From Lingula anatina (taxonomy: Eukaryota; Animalia; Brachiopoda): DNA of 64,000 nt. The position numbers and the translations under genes were made by a program. The DNA lies in contig CM120641.1 of the NCBI GenBank assembly GCA_051362555.1, positions 15,562,001 through 15,626,000 of the forward strand, read 5' to 3'. The notes under the pieces were generated by a model. The model did not search any database. It was not told the origin of the DNA and worked only from the letters and a program-made list of their open reading frames with translations. Shown piece after piece: positions 13,101-27,400 of the stretch (position 1 is the first letter of the stretch; every line of letters starts with the position of its first letter).

Positions 13101-16100
13101 CGACACAGATGCACGCTCGGCGTGATATTGTCAATGTGTCCACCATCCTGCTCGCTACAATATGGTTGATGTTGTCTGATGTAAAAGAAGCAAATCTACT
13201 TAATATCTTCTCTCCCCCATCTCATCACCTCGTGCACTCATGTGCTCAAACAAAAAGAAATAAGAAATGCGAGTGTAAAGGACAGTTTTAACCAAGGACT
13301 TCTAATGGGCTTACCAACCAAAGAAAAATTTTGCTTGGTGCATTTTCATTTTACATCCATTTCATAGATTTTGGGACGAAAACTCGAGTACAAACTGAAC
13401 GTAATTTAGGCGTGTGTTAAATTCAAACTACCATATCTCTTTGACTCGTATCCTGTCTTTGACGCTTCTTTAGAAAAGAACGTTAGCCTGGGAATAGGTC
13501 TTAACTATTTTTAGGGCTGGGTCTATTTCAGTTCAAAATAAATCAATAGTACATTGTAGCCCCCTTTGATCAACAGAATTGGTGCAATGTTTGATTTAGT
13601 TGTGCTACTGCTGATCTAATTTAGGTCAAATGAGACTAAAATGTATGAAAATTAAAGACTTTTCGAGTTAAACGTTTTTGTGTGTGTGTGTGCGTGTGCG
13701 TGTGTGTGTTTGTGTATGTGTGTGAAAGATTTACTGAAATCCTGCTCTCTGCTACTGAATCGTGTATCATATGTAAAAGGTTATTGGCGAGTGCAAACGC
13801 TTCAAACGATAAAATATTATGGAAAAAAAACAAGCTTGCTGTGATGTCGGTGCGTGAGTTTCTATTTCCATCAACTCATGCAAAAATTTCACCTCATGCA
13901 AATACTCGTTCCAACACAAATACACACATGTGCAGACGCAAGAGATCCCGTTATTAATTGCCCCTACAACACACACACACGCGCGCACGCTGTAGTAATT
14001 TCTGTCCATTCTGTCCAGTGCAGTGTATTCCTCATACATGTATGAGTCAAATTAGACGTCTGTTAACTGCACCCTTTCTCGGACCAACATTTTTGCCCAA
14101 TCCAACGGTGACATTACTAATCTTTCCTGGTTAGATAATCTAGGAATCAAGTACGGTTGCATGTCAAAATGAAGCCTCTAATACTGGGATCATGCATTCT
14201 CTTGACGCGTGCGGAATCTTCAATTATATAGATCTGTTCCATCTGTGACTCATACCTGTACACCTGTAAGAATATCATTAAATTACCTTCAGTTCTAATA
14301 ACTATTATCATCTCAACAATAATGGTCTCATTAACGTGTTTAACAGTAACGTATGGTCGTTCCATCTATTGCGCGTTTCGAGAAAGAGGGGAGGCTGGGA
14401 AATTTTTGTTACTGTGGCGAATACTCAGAGAACGGAGTCGATAGAATCATAATTCTGCACATAAGTTATGTCACTTTTGGAATGATATTTGTTTTCAAGG
14501 GCGGATTCAAAGGATTTGTAGGTCTAGTTCGTAAAACTTATAAAAAGGTATACTTCAATCTATTTTTTCTTGTTTTTCATGCATGTAAATATTATATGTA
14601 CATATCCAACATAACGGTCAAAGTTTAATAAAATTTATAATACATATAAAAGGAACATTTCCCATATTCTACCAACCGGTGTAGAGAGGTGCTACATGTA
14701 CCACGAAGACTAATTAGTTCTCACTCAGTTATCGCAATTCAAGCTTGGAAAAATAATTCGTATTATTTTCCAAGGTTCAAGCTATTGCTTTTCTCTTTTT
14801 CCTTTTTAGCTAAATGTATGACGGTCTGGTGCTTGTTACCAACGACACCTCCGTATGCCCATTTTTCTCTTTCTTTCTTTCCGTCATTTAATTTTCATTT
14901 TAATTTTTTTATGTAATGTCATTTATGTAACCATGTTGCATAAATTCACCGTCCTTTAAATTGATGGTCTTATTGGTGATGTCACTGTCTACATGTGCTA
15001 TTTACATAATTTATGCATCGAGACGTTATCTCTGCGGCGTGCTGGAGGAAGTTTGACACCGACTCACGACTTTATCACTTCTCTCAGATCACAGTAAAAC
15101 CACCATGGAAATCCATCACTACCTGTGTAAGGAAAAAGTAATTGAACATTTCACCTGAGGTTTGCGTCTCTAATGCCATCCCTGGCCTCTAATAAAAATT
15201 CCCACATGTTATGTACAGAAAGTTATACTGGTTCATCTATATTTGTGGACATTTAATTTAAAAAGATTTTTAAAAAGGTGTATGCCTCACAGGTTCCTAT
15301 TTCCATATATCTGTTACTAATCGTGTGATAAATGCAAATGTTTTCTTACCTTCACTATAGTTTAGAATATGTCATTACTTAATACATATAAGGTAATAGC
15401 CTTTTTAAAATGTGCTAGAACCAAAAGAGATTATTATAATTTTCGTCCTTAATGTTTTGTCATTTCCTGTGCTAAATGCTGCCCAATTAAACAATTTCGC
15501 TATCAACCCTCACCCTTACTTTGTTTACTGTATATAAACCAAGAAAGTTATTTTGTTATTAAAGGGCATACTTAAGAGACCCATTTTTGCTTATTATCGT
15601 CAATTACATTTGTAGATATAAAGGAAATATAGTGTTGACAATTTGTGGTTCTTTTTATCTTGTGTTGTTATTTTTTAAAGCATCTCAAGAAAAATATCTT
15701 GAGAAGAGGCGTTGTCACGCACTCTCCGTTCGTCATCATAGGGATTCAGCTTCCTTATTATTCCTCATCTCCATGAAATTAATGATTATCATTAGCGAAT
15801 TCCGTGTCGTTTACATCAGCAAGACCATGTGCACCGTAGAGCTTTATTTTGAAGAGAGATATATACATGCGGTTTACCATTTTAGAAAATGCATGCAATG
15901 TAAAATTGCATAATATCTATTCTAAACCCCATTCGTTTTTTTTTTCGAAATAGGTGACACGTTATTAATCTGCATCTATATGTTTGAGCGTACAGATGTT
16001 TTTGTGTTCCCCTTTTTCATATAACTGAGGAAGATTTTGGCTTGTTTTCTAATAAAAAGTTTAATACTCCCATCGTTTTCCTTAAATGTGAAATAATATA

Positions 16101-16137
16101 TGTAACGCGAATAAAATCTGTGTTACTAAAAGGAATG

Positions 16138-16175
<38 letters not shown>

Positions 16176-16552
16176 GAAAAGACAGGAAAACCCTCTGTCA
16201 ATTATTAGCCTTAGCACCACCAAGTCCTGTGTCTTTGAGACGCTCTGTTAACTCCAAGACACCTTTGCCGTGGCGATCTTCTCAACTAGTCACGGCTTTT
16301 GCTGATAATCTAAATATAATCGTCCGATCATTAGATTCGGCTGTCAAAACAGGTTGAGGGGAGTCTAAAATTATGCGTCTTCCAATGTAATAATCTCGAC
16401 TATATTCTTATCTAGCATATATGAATACTGATCAGATACGCGGCAACTTAATTTTTGGCGTTTTGAACTCATTATCACACACTTCAAATCTAAAGAAAAT
16501 TACACTGTGTCGCCCCGCTATCACCACCACCACGGAAAAGAGATAACAAGAA

Positions 16553-16586
16553 TATAAATCGTCGCCCGTCTTTTCATGCTGCAGTC
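16553..16586 (+). promoter_or_regulatory. Putative TATA box plus initiator of the giant gene
   Basis: TATAAAT at 16553-16559 and Inr-like GCAGTC with its A at 16583 (30 nt spacing), about 250 nt upstream of the signal-peptide ATG. Confidence 0.5.
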
Positions 16587-16834
16587 TGGTCGGTGGAGTA
16601 GAAGCAGAAGGAGCGGGCCTCCGTTTTCACACCACAATATCAACCTCGGAGCAACCGGCGGGTTCGTTTGCTCGAGGATTTATAGGACTTTCGAATACAA
16701 TATCTTGTAACTTGGTAACTTTTCGCTGTCACACAAATACTCTTAAATAGCAAAGATCAAGTACAAGGGAAGTAAAGAAGACTGAAAAGAGAGACAAAAA
16801 AACAGAGTTCAGCGTGTTGCTTCAAAGTTACAGA

Positions 16835-16913
16835 ATGCATTTTTCGGCGTTAAGGCAGACGCTTGCCTTAGCGGTCGTTGCCGTTGTGGTCCAGCAAACC
16901 CGAGGGGAGGCAT
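16835..16913 (+). CDS. Giant gene exon 1: signal peptide
   Basis: [26 protein letters not shown], then a phase-1 donor T|GTAAGT that matches the phase of the exon at 20205. Confidence 0.75.
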
Positions 16914-19900
16914 GTAAGTTATGAAATTTTTTATTATTATGCATTTTTTTACTGTGGAACTCTTTAAGTTATTATACTTCATTTTTTTTTTTTTTTTGAC
17001 AATGACTGTTGTCGAACGCTCCTATATTTAACCCGTAATTTTAGAAAGAAAAACAATATAAAGATTCATGTATTGTATATGTAGATAGCCTGCAGTATCA
17101 TTCTGTCACTTCAATGATTCTATTCCGGAATTATTTCACCTGAAGTAAATAATGAAATAACTCATTAGTATGATGCATTTTTACTATGGTATTTCTTAAG
17201 TTATTATACTTCATATGATGTCGTTTTTTGTTAAATTTTTATTTGACAACGACTATTGTCGCGCGCCACTATATACGTGTATTTGCTTTTTTATAAATCA
17301 TTATTATTGGTGTCGCACCCTTGTTTTTACTCTACATGCTTCCATTGTGACGGATGGAAATTCTAAAGATATAATTACAGTATATTCAGCGTGTGTATTT
17401 TATTATTTTTTAATTCGGTAATTACTATATTTTAAAAGATACGGCACTATTGATGATATGTTATTTTTATCATCTTCACTACCATTATAATCTTTGCTTA
17501 TTTTGAAAGTATACGGCTACAAGAGTAGTTGACTATTAAGATAAACTATCTGGGCGTTTTGACTTATTTTTCCAAGTCAGCAATGTTTATATTTCGTGTC
17601 GGTTTTGTCGCAAAATCTTTTCACTTAACATGAAAAAAGAAAAAAAAAACGTTTAACACAGTATTCATCAGGTGTACACATATATAAAACGGAAATTATT
17701 TTTTCTTTTCTTTTCTAAAATTTAAGATGTATTAACTAAAATAGCCTCATTTTATTTGAGGATAACTAATGGAGGTGACTACTACAATTGATACGCATAA
17801 CCATCAGAACAATAATCTGTAAATGTAGATTGACCATTTCAAACGTTTCAGTTTTTTTTTTTTTTTTGTCATTCCCATGCGTTCTTTAATCCAGCTGAAA
17901 AGAGTGATGAAACAAAGGCCATTTCCCAATATTTTTACGTTTTCGTCTTGGAAATTAGATAATTAAATGTATATCGCATTTGCTGTTATAAACGAATTAG
18001 CATGAAGTGGGTGCTTTTCAGGTGACTTACTTAATGAACAAAAAAGTTAATTCAAAACCAAACTGCAGTTGTCTTAACGAAAACGATTTTTTGAAACATG
18101 CATTTATTTATTCATTTTGGAGATACTAAGTATTATCAAAACATTCTTTATAATTCTTATTCTCAAGCTTGTGAAATAAACCCATGTTCCCTAAATGATT
18201 CAGAGGGTACCGTTGTCTTGACGCTAATTTTAGGCTTAATTAGATGTGCGGTTAGGGACGTGGTCGGAGAGTCGTGACTACGGTTCGTTTCGCAGCGTAA
18301 TCTGAGCGTCGGTGCGTTTCTTGCACTAGAGGCCTATGCACTGTCATTCAACAAAACTTTCACGCTGAAGATTTCATCCTAGGGCATCTGTTCCTTGTGT
18401 GCTATTAAATAGATGATTACGCATTTCTGGTGAGCAATTCACAACTTGTAAGACACTCAACTAGAAACGCTCTGAATGATAAAAGACGAATAAGGCACTC
18501 AGCGGCGTCCATTTAATGTTCGTTAGGCCACACTTTTTTATTTTTATGGATGACATCCTCTGGGGACCCCAAAATCGGCGCGAGCGGGCGAAAAAAAAAA
18601 AAACAGTCAAAAAAAAAAAAAAAACTGCTTAAGAAAAGTTATGTTTTCAGTACACAGCTGGAAACACTAATTTACCACAGAAACACGTATCAAACTAACA
18701 ACATGTCTTTATCCATGCTCTCAAAATATTAAAGCATTGTGAATAGGGCCTACTTCGTAGAAAGGTAAAAAGTCATGAATATATATGTGCTGCATATTAC
18801 CAAATCTATTTAAGGTTATTTCATGCATTCTGTTGGTATAGCAATCAATAAAACAAATATCAAATAAACAGCGTGTCTTTATTTGTACTCTCAGAAAATT
18901 TAAGCATTGTGAACACTTCACAAAATTGTTAAAAAATGAAGCAAAGATAGGCCTATGCTTCCTACTACCAAATCTAAAAAAGGTAATTTCGGTCGATGCC
19001 ATTTTGTCTACTTCGACTCACACGTAGCAGCCAACTATCGGGTGGCCTGTCTGACCTTCAGTCCACTAAATACCACGACGCTCTTGTCGACCCTTTTTTC
19101 GCTACAAAAAAACCCTGGTAAGCCTATGTGCTGCTTTGGACAGAATGTCACTGAAATTTTCCGGGCGATGATCGCTGGCCAGAATGTCACTGAAATTTTC
19201 CGGGCGATGATCGCTGGCCGCGGCCAGCCTTTCGTATAATTGTAAAAATGTGATATCTCCATGTCCAATATCAATGGCAAACCAATCCAAAACGACGACC
19301 CCCGTTCTCTTTATGACTTTAATTGTCGTGTATTTTGAAATTAATGCTAGAGATGAATTTGACGGCAAAGCGGCCATATTTCCACGTGGTGATAATACGC
19401 ATGCGCAGAAAGCTCATTTTCCGCACTCGGAACTACTCGGATATCTCCGCAGTCGACAATGACAGCATGGAGCTTGCGGAATTAGCCGAGGATTGCCGAT
19501 TGCATTTTCCGGCAAATTCAATAACGACGTTTGCGACAACCAACTTCCTTGGGGGGGGGGGATTTTTTTTTTTTTTTTTTTTTTTTTTGGAGAACGGACG
19601 AAAATCGGTGCGCGCGCAGGATGTCATCCATAAAATTAAAAAAGTGTGGCCTTACGTGATTCCTGGTCGTTTCAAATTTATAAGGATCTTAACCTGTGAA
19701 TTGACTTCCTGTGCTTCCTTTAAGCATGAAACTGAATTCTTCCTCCAGGGTTGTGTCTCCATCTAGATAAGGCGATCAATATCTGCAATGAAAAAATTAG
19801 ATCTAAATGACATGCATACTTCGACACGGTTTAGTTAAAGTTAGCTTGCGGTCTACCCCAAGGTGTGTCACAAACATGACTACTAATAGCTAGTTGAGTG

Positions 19901-21423
19901 GTGGTAAATAGGAAATAAAAAAAGTGAAATTACAGTTATGATGAAAATATGAACATGTCGACGAGTATTTTGTTTTGAGAAATTGGTAATCGGAGTAAAC
20001 ATTTGTTGTTTCTTTAAAAAGCACCTTGCAATCAACTTAGGTAAAAGATAAAGTGGGGGCGAAAGACAACTGTAATTTCCCAGCTGTGAGATGGGATAAC
20101 CTCTTTTTACTTATACGCAGGAAAGGGGGAATTGCGTTACACACATAAGATAAATATGCACGGCCTTCTTTCACACTATCGCACTTTTTTCTATTTCATT
20201 TCAGTTCATGAATGTAAATTCTGGAATAATTACATTCGAGACACTACGAACAAGTGTCAGTACTACCAATGTGTTCCCAGTACCTATACGAATGGCAACT
20301 GGCAGTTTAAGGCCACGCTGATGAAATGTGCATACCCTACCAGCGTTCCCGAAGACTATGACGACCCCAGAGAGAGTGCGTTCGACGCGGTCTACACCAA
20401 CCCTTGCTCAGGGACCAACTTCGGGTCTTGCGAGATTAGCGGGACCGGTCCGGAACCGCGTGGTTGGACACAATGGGGGACGTGGAGTGCATGCAGTGTC
20501 ACGTGTGGAAGTGGCTCACGCAGTCGCGTGCGTTCATGTCCTCCTGGATCCAACTGTGCCGGCGCCTCGATAGAAGAAGATGCTTGTAACTCCGGACCAT
20601 GCGGTAAATATTATTACAACAAATAACATAACGTAATGTTAAAAATCAGTGGTAAGCGATTGGTTAAATAATCAAAGAATGCTACTACTATAAGCTGTGC
20701 TTAAAAAAATGTTTGCGTTATTAATTTTAATTATACATAAATGCTGTAATCTTTCAGTGGTAGCTCCTGGCAAACCCACAACTTTCGTCAATGTTCTTGG
20801 CACCAGCATGAACGTCACTTGGATACCTGCTGACAGCAGAGCTACTGCTTACTACGTACAATACAGACAACCAGGTACCACCATTCGTCTCCTAGCTCAT
20901 TCTTTTCTAACAGTCTCTCGGTTAACACCAAATTTTTGTTGTTATCATTATTATTAATTTATATATTTTTTTTGCAATAACACACGGTATACGTTATCAT
21001 GTACAGTAAATTTATAATATGCCCTTATAGCCGACTTGATGTTCCACTTCATCCATTTTTACGTTCATTTTGGATGCCTATATCTCATGATGTACAAAAA
21101 TAGTTGTTTTTCAAATCGAAATAAAATCCCACCACACTGCCAAACACGACAGCCAGTGGAATATGGTTATGTCAAAAATCACTTCCTTATAATTAACGCT
21201 GTATTTCTGTGAATTTTCAGGTCAGTTCGCATGGATAAACAGCAGAGAAGAAATGTTTAAGAACTGGATTTTGATCCCAAACCTTTTCCTTGGAGCTTAC
21301 GAAGTCCGTGTAGTTGCTAAGGGCGTGGGTGGACAAGAAACACCCAGCGACACTAAGACTGTCCAGATTTTGGGTTCAGGTAAAGATATAAACCATACTG
21401 GCGCATTAAGAAACAAAATCAAA

Positions 21424-21455
<32 letters not shown>

Positions 21456-24400
21456 GTCTGTATTTAGCAGGGTGAGTGATGTCTTCAGTTACTAAGGAAC
21501 ATTTCCATGATTCATTGGGAATGTATTTCAACCTGATGCGTTCTCTCTATTTTAGTTCCCGGTAAACCAATGGCCACCATCAATGTGGTTGGCTCGAGTA
21601 TGAACGTGTCTTGGATTCCCGCTGACAACCTGGCTACCAGTTACTACGTGGAGTACAGAAGGACGGGTAAGGGGTTTGCCACCTTCAGTGGTCAATTTAA
21701 TCAGTAACAGATGCTATGTGAATGTAAGGCAAAAATTAAAAAACGAAGTAAAAAAATTATGAAGAAAACCACGCGCCTTTTAGAAGCACAGCGCTCTAAA
21801 TCGTCATGTGCGGAAGTTAATAATAATAATCTTTATTGGAGAAATCGCAACCCGAAGGTTGAAGTTATACAATTACATATATATATGAATATTTAAGTCA
21901 AGGAAGCCTGGTCATTTTTGCACTGGTGCACTCCGTAGGCGGTCTCACCTCCCTGGGGAGCATACAGCTGGGCTGCCATATAAGGCGCTCATAGCTAATA
22001 TAATATTTCTACCCTGCCTGACCAGGCCCCTGCTTCAACCCCTTTATGCTGAGTGCCAAGCGGGGAGACAGCAGGTACCATTTATAAAGGACTGGTATGT
22101 CCCCGGACGGGGTTTGAACCCACGTCCTCCCGCTCCGGAGGCGGACACTCTAACCACAAGGCCATCCGGTCGGTGTTATATGTTATTACTCTTTTTTTAT
22201 ATTAAGGTGATTTCAACTGGCAGAGGTCCAGGGAGGAGAGGTTTAACACCTGGTTGTGGTTACAAAATCTCCCCCAAGGAATCTATGAAGTAAGGGTCGT
22301 CGCTAAGAACGCACAAGGACAAGAAACCCGCAGCGATATTTATCCTGTGGAAATCAAAGGAGCTGGTGAGTTTAAGGATTATTGTACATATCAAATAAAT
22401 GCCTATAACCAGGTGTTTCAAAATGTCGACGAAGAAAAAGACCCAGAGAGCGGTCTAACTTTTGTGAAATTTGCGTAGTCCGTTGGAAATGTTTTTGCCA
22501 ACTTACGCATACGGCCCTATATATCAAAAATAACATTTAAAGCGAATAAGCATTAATAATAATAATAATTATTATTAGTATTAGTATAATATAGGTAAAA
22601 ACTGAATGAAATAAGTAAACGTGCTTACCGAAAAACATCCCTTTTTGTCTAAAAGACGAGTGCTAGTCAAAAAATAGATAGTTACAAGTAACAACATTTT
22701 ATTTTTAGCACCCGGAAAGCCCACAGTCTATCTTCAAGCAGTGAATAATGGCTTCAATGTTTCGTGGACTGCTGCCGACAATTTAGCCTCTGGTTTCTAT
22801 GCACAGTACCGCAGAGCAGGTAGGCAATAAATCGTATTGCAATTACTCTTCTTTAACTGGAGTACCAGAAATGAAGACACCGGGAAATTTGTCATTTCGT
22901 CTGGTTCGCAGTTTAGTTATTTCTTCTAAATATGCCGCCAGCAAGTAATGTTGATTCGAAGAAATAGGCACTAAATGTTGAGAACGAAGTGAGGTATAGT
23001 GAATGGGCATATAGTAATTCTTATTGTTATAGAAAATGCAGAAGAGGTGCCAGCAAAATGGCATTTAAAAAAGTGTCCAGGGGATGGGGTCGGGGGGGGG
23101 GGGGCGAATGTAACATATTTTCAAACCATATTGGTCCCATTTTACAACAGCTTCGTATTTTGACCTGAAAGAGAGACTTGAACTTATTCTTTTATGCTTA
23201 CATTGATGTTATAATTCGCCACATCTCGACCAACTATCCAAGCAAATTTTAGTCGAACCTTTGTGAGGTGTGTTACATTCAACCATCAGATAACGCGCAT
23301 GAGTGAATAATTTACATTGAGCTGCAAACCCAAAGGTGTAATTAGACAGGCTTGGGTTCCTGGGCATCCAACTCCATGACCTAACACCTTTGACACATTA
23401 GTCAAGAACTGATATGCCTTGATGCCATCTGATAATATGAGGTCAGAGATTGAATGTCTAGACTTTTCACCCAGGGGTGATGTCATCAATAAATCACCAG
23501 GCACTGAATCTGCATTATTTAAAGATGCACTCAATGTAATTGCATTGATTATAAACTGAAGGATTCATTGTCTTTTTTATGTAACCTGTTTTAAAAATTT
23601 CTATTTGCAATTTATCAAGTAACCCATCACTTTAATCTTTAGCTTCCGCTTGATTGAATAGAAGAAGAAAAATATAAAACATTACAATTTTTATCAAGAT
23701 AGGGATCGCAACAGTCTGATAAAATGGAATGTTTAGACATGTAATTAACTTTGTGGCATATTTTTCTTAATGTTTGTAGGTGCCTTCCAGTGGATGAGTA
23801 CAAGGGAAGAACGCCGCAATTCCTGGATTTGGGTTCAGAATCTTGGCTATGGAACATATGAAGTTAGAGTTGTGGCAAGAAACAATGGTGGACAAGAAAC
23901 CATCAGTGATGTCTCTCGTGTGGAGCTCAAACAAGCAGGTAAGAAATATTTCGTTGCTTAAAAAAAGGATTAATTTTTGGAAAGATTTAACTTCTTGAAG
24001 ACTCACATGTTGACTACTGTTTGGATTGTAAAGTATTTTGATAAATGATGATCATTTATCTGCTCATACCTTGCATGTAAAGCAAATTCATTGTATTGCC
24101 AATTTGAAGCCATGGAGGCATTTATAAAATTTATTTGTAATTTAGCATGTTTATTATTTTAACTACTTATCAATCAATTTATGATTTAGCCATATATCTC
24201 CATTATTTTTCATTTGATATTGGATGACAGAATGAAACCATAAATTATGATATCATTGACCTTCCAGGCCCCAGTGCTCCTGTGGTGTACTTTAACCAGC
24301 AAGGCAATGGAGTCAATGTTTCCTGGACTGCTGACCCAATGGGTACTATTTATTATGTGCAGTATAGAAGACCAGGTAAGTTTTTTTTAGAAAAAATACA

Positions 24401-27400
24401 TCACATTGAAAAATGAATAACTTTATTCAGAAGGTATATTGCTGAAAAAGAAGGGAAAATGAAGATAATAAAATAAAGATGAATGCTTGTAGCTTAAAAA
24501 AAGGTTACTTCATAGTAATTAATTTGTGGGATATAATTGAAAATGTACATCAGTTCTGTTCATTTAATCAGTGCTCTTATGATTGCATTTATCATTATTA
24601 GTCTCATTGTACCTTGGATTTTAGGTTCATTTGTGTGGCAGAGGTCTGAGGAAGAAATGTTCAACAACTGGATCTTCTTACGCAACCTTCAGCCAGGAAC
24701 TTATGAGATGCGTGTGATGGTTAGAGGAGTCAATGGACAGGAAGTCCCCAGTCAAGTTTACACTTACGAAATCCAACAACAAGGTAAGATACTGGTTCAT
24801 TTACTACATTTAATAAGGTGAACTTAACACACTTAGAAGGTCACACCTAACCCAATAGACAGGTCACAATTCACGCAATCAACGGGTCACACCTAACACA
24901 TTCATCAGGATGCAGTGACCCTTTTTGAACAGTGTAAGGCTATTTTTAAAGGAAATTGTGAAAGTTAAGAACAATTTTAGCCTTTTTGTACCTTTCACTG
25001 AAGTAATAATCTCGAAATTTTTTTCCGTGTATAGTTTGGATTCAAGGGTGATGTTTAATTTTAATGACCTTCCAGGCCCCAGTGCTCCCATGGTATACTT
25101 TACCCAGCAAGGCAATGGAGTGAATGTTTCCTGGACTGCTGACCCAATGGGCACTGTCTACTATGTGCAGTATAGAAGACCAGGTAAGTCTTCTCTTAAA
25201 TATGTTACATTTATTATATTGACATAAAGTTCATCATTTTATTTAAGTATTTATTTATTTAAATAGTATTTTACTGTTAGAGAAGACTGGGAAATAATTG
25301 AGATAGGTAAGAATACTAAGAAGAAGAAGATTGTTTTAAATTGTATCCCCTGCAAATAAAAATACAATGAATAAAATTCAACCAATTTTATATTCATTTT
25401 ATCACATTCTGTTGTATTTACTGAAGTTTTAATGTATCACTGATGGCTTCAATATACTTCTATTCTTAGGTTCTTTTGTGTGGCAGAAGTCCCAAGATGT
25501 GATGACCAACAATTGGATCTTCTTAAGCAACCTTCAACCAGGAACTTATGAGATGCGTGTGATGGTTCGAGGAGCCAATGGACAGGAAGTCCCCAGTCAA
25601 GTTTACACTTATGAGATTCGACAACAAGGTAAGATTCTGGTTCATTTATTACATTCAATTAATAAGCTGAACCTAACTCATTCAGAAGGTCACACCTAAC
25701 CCAATAGGCAGGTCACAGTTTATGCAATCAACAGGGCACACCTAACATATTCATCAGGATGCAGGCCCTTTTTTAACAAATTAAGGTTAATTAAAAGAAA
25801 TGTGAAAATTAAGTACAATATCAATCTTTTATATTATACCTTTCCCTTATATTGATTTATATATGTTTTATTTTAATAACCTTCCAGGCCCCAGTGCTCC
25901 TATGGTGTACTTTACTCAGCAAGGCAATGGAGTGAATGTTTCCTGGACTGCTGACCCAATGGGCACTGTCTACTATGTGCAGTATAGAAGACCAGGTAAG
26001 TCTTATTTTAAATATGTTACATTTATTATATTGACATAAGGTTCATAATATATAGATTAAAGTGTTCATTTATTTTCATAAAATAGTAAAAATTTTAAAT
26101 TTAAAAATAGTATTTTGCCGTTAGGGAAGATGGGGAAGCAATTAAAATAGGTAAAAAAAAAAACCAACAAGAAGAGGAACATTTTAATCTCTATCCTGTG
26201 TGAAAAAAAAAATACCGTGAATAAAATTCAATCAAATTTATTATTATTATTTATTTATTTTTTTTTTGCTGAAGATTTAGTGTATCATTGATAGATTCTA
26301 AATACTTCCATTCTTAGGTTCCTTTGTATGGCAGAAGTCCCAAGAAGTGATGAACAACAACTATATCTTCTTAAGCAATCTTCAGCCAGGAACTTATGAG
26401 ATGCGTGTGATGGTTAGAGGAGCCAATGGACAGGAAGTCCCCAGTCAAGTTTACACTTATGAGATCCAACGACAAGGTAAGATCCTGGGTCACACGTGAT
26501 CATAACTAACACATTTGAAAATTGATCCCAAAGGAATTATGTTTTGAGCTTTGCTGTAAACATAAAAATATGATGTTATTAACTCTTAATTTTAACTAAA
26601 TAAGCCTGACACTCAGCACATCATATTTCATATTTAGAATATCCATAATAATATATTAATTATTTCTAATTTTCAGCCCCTGCCAAACCCACACAAGTTT
26701 TTGTAACAAAATATGGCCAAAGTGGCATGAACATCTCATGGTATCAGCCGCAGGGAGATGGTGTTCTGACCTATTACATCCAGTACAGAAGGTCAGGTGA
26801 CGTGCAGTGGATGAGCTCTCCTGAGGAGCGTGGCAGGAACTGGATTATTGTGCAGAATTTACCCATGGGTGTGCGGTATGATACTCGCGTAGTGGTTAGA
26901 AACGCAGCAGGACAGGAGACTTACAGTGATATTTACTATATGGACATGACCAGTGGTGGTGGTGGTAAGTGTTATGAAAAAATGTGTGAATGTTGTAGTA
27001 ATAAAAAGGCCACTGGTGTAAAGTTATTAAAGTTAGAGGGCATTTTGTGTCTTTACGTATCAAACTGAAACTGATAATTTAATGTTTAGATTTTGGTATG
27101 GCCATTTTTACAATGAAGGAATTGAGAAGTAGTGAGAGCAGTCTTATTAAATTGAAGACTTCATATTGTCAGACCAATAACCAAGAATTTACATAAGTTA
27201 TTGTTGAAAGTAGATAAAATTTAGTTTAATTATAGACAAGTCACCTGACCAACATGTTCTGTTCCAGATGCTCCGATCAAGCCCACCAATGTGTATATCA
27301 CTTACACTATGTCTACCATGAATGTAACCTGGAGTTACAGCCCCCAGCAGACAAACCTGGTATACTATGTGCAGTACAGGCCAGTAGGTGAGTACTTAGA

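Noticed and set aside
8000-16500. Short ORFs in the long intergenic region as an additional gene
   Set aside because: Low complexity, no recognisable domains and no consistent exon chain; a non-coding or highly divergent gene cannot be excluded.
16938-17275. Degenerate direct repeat of about 90 bp at the start of intron 1
   Set aside because: Looks like an ordinary old local duplication with no coding or structural signal.
22095-22174. tRNA gene on the minus strand
   Set aside because: A and B boxes are present, but there is no clean acceptor stem and it continues into a SINE body and tail.
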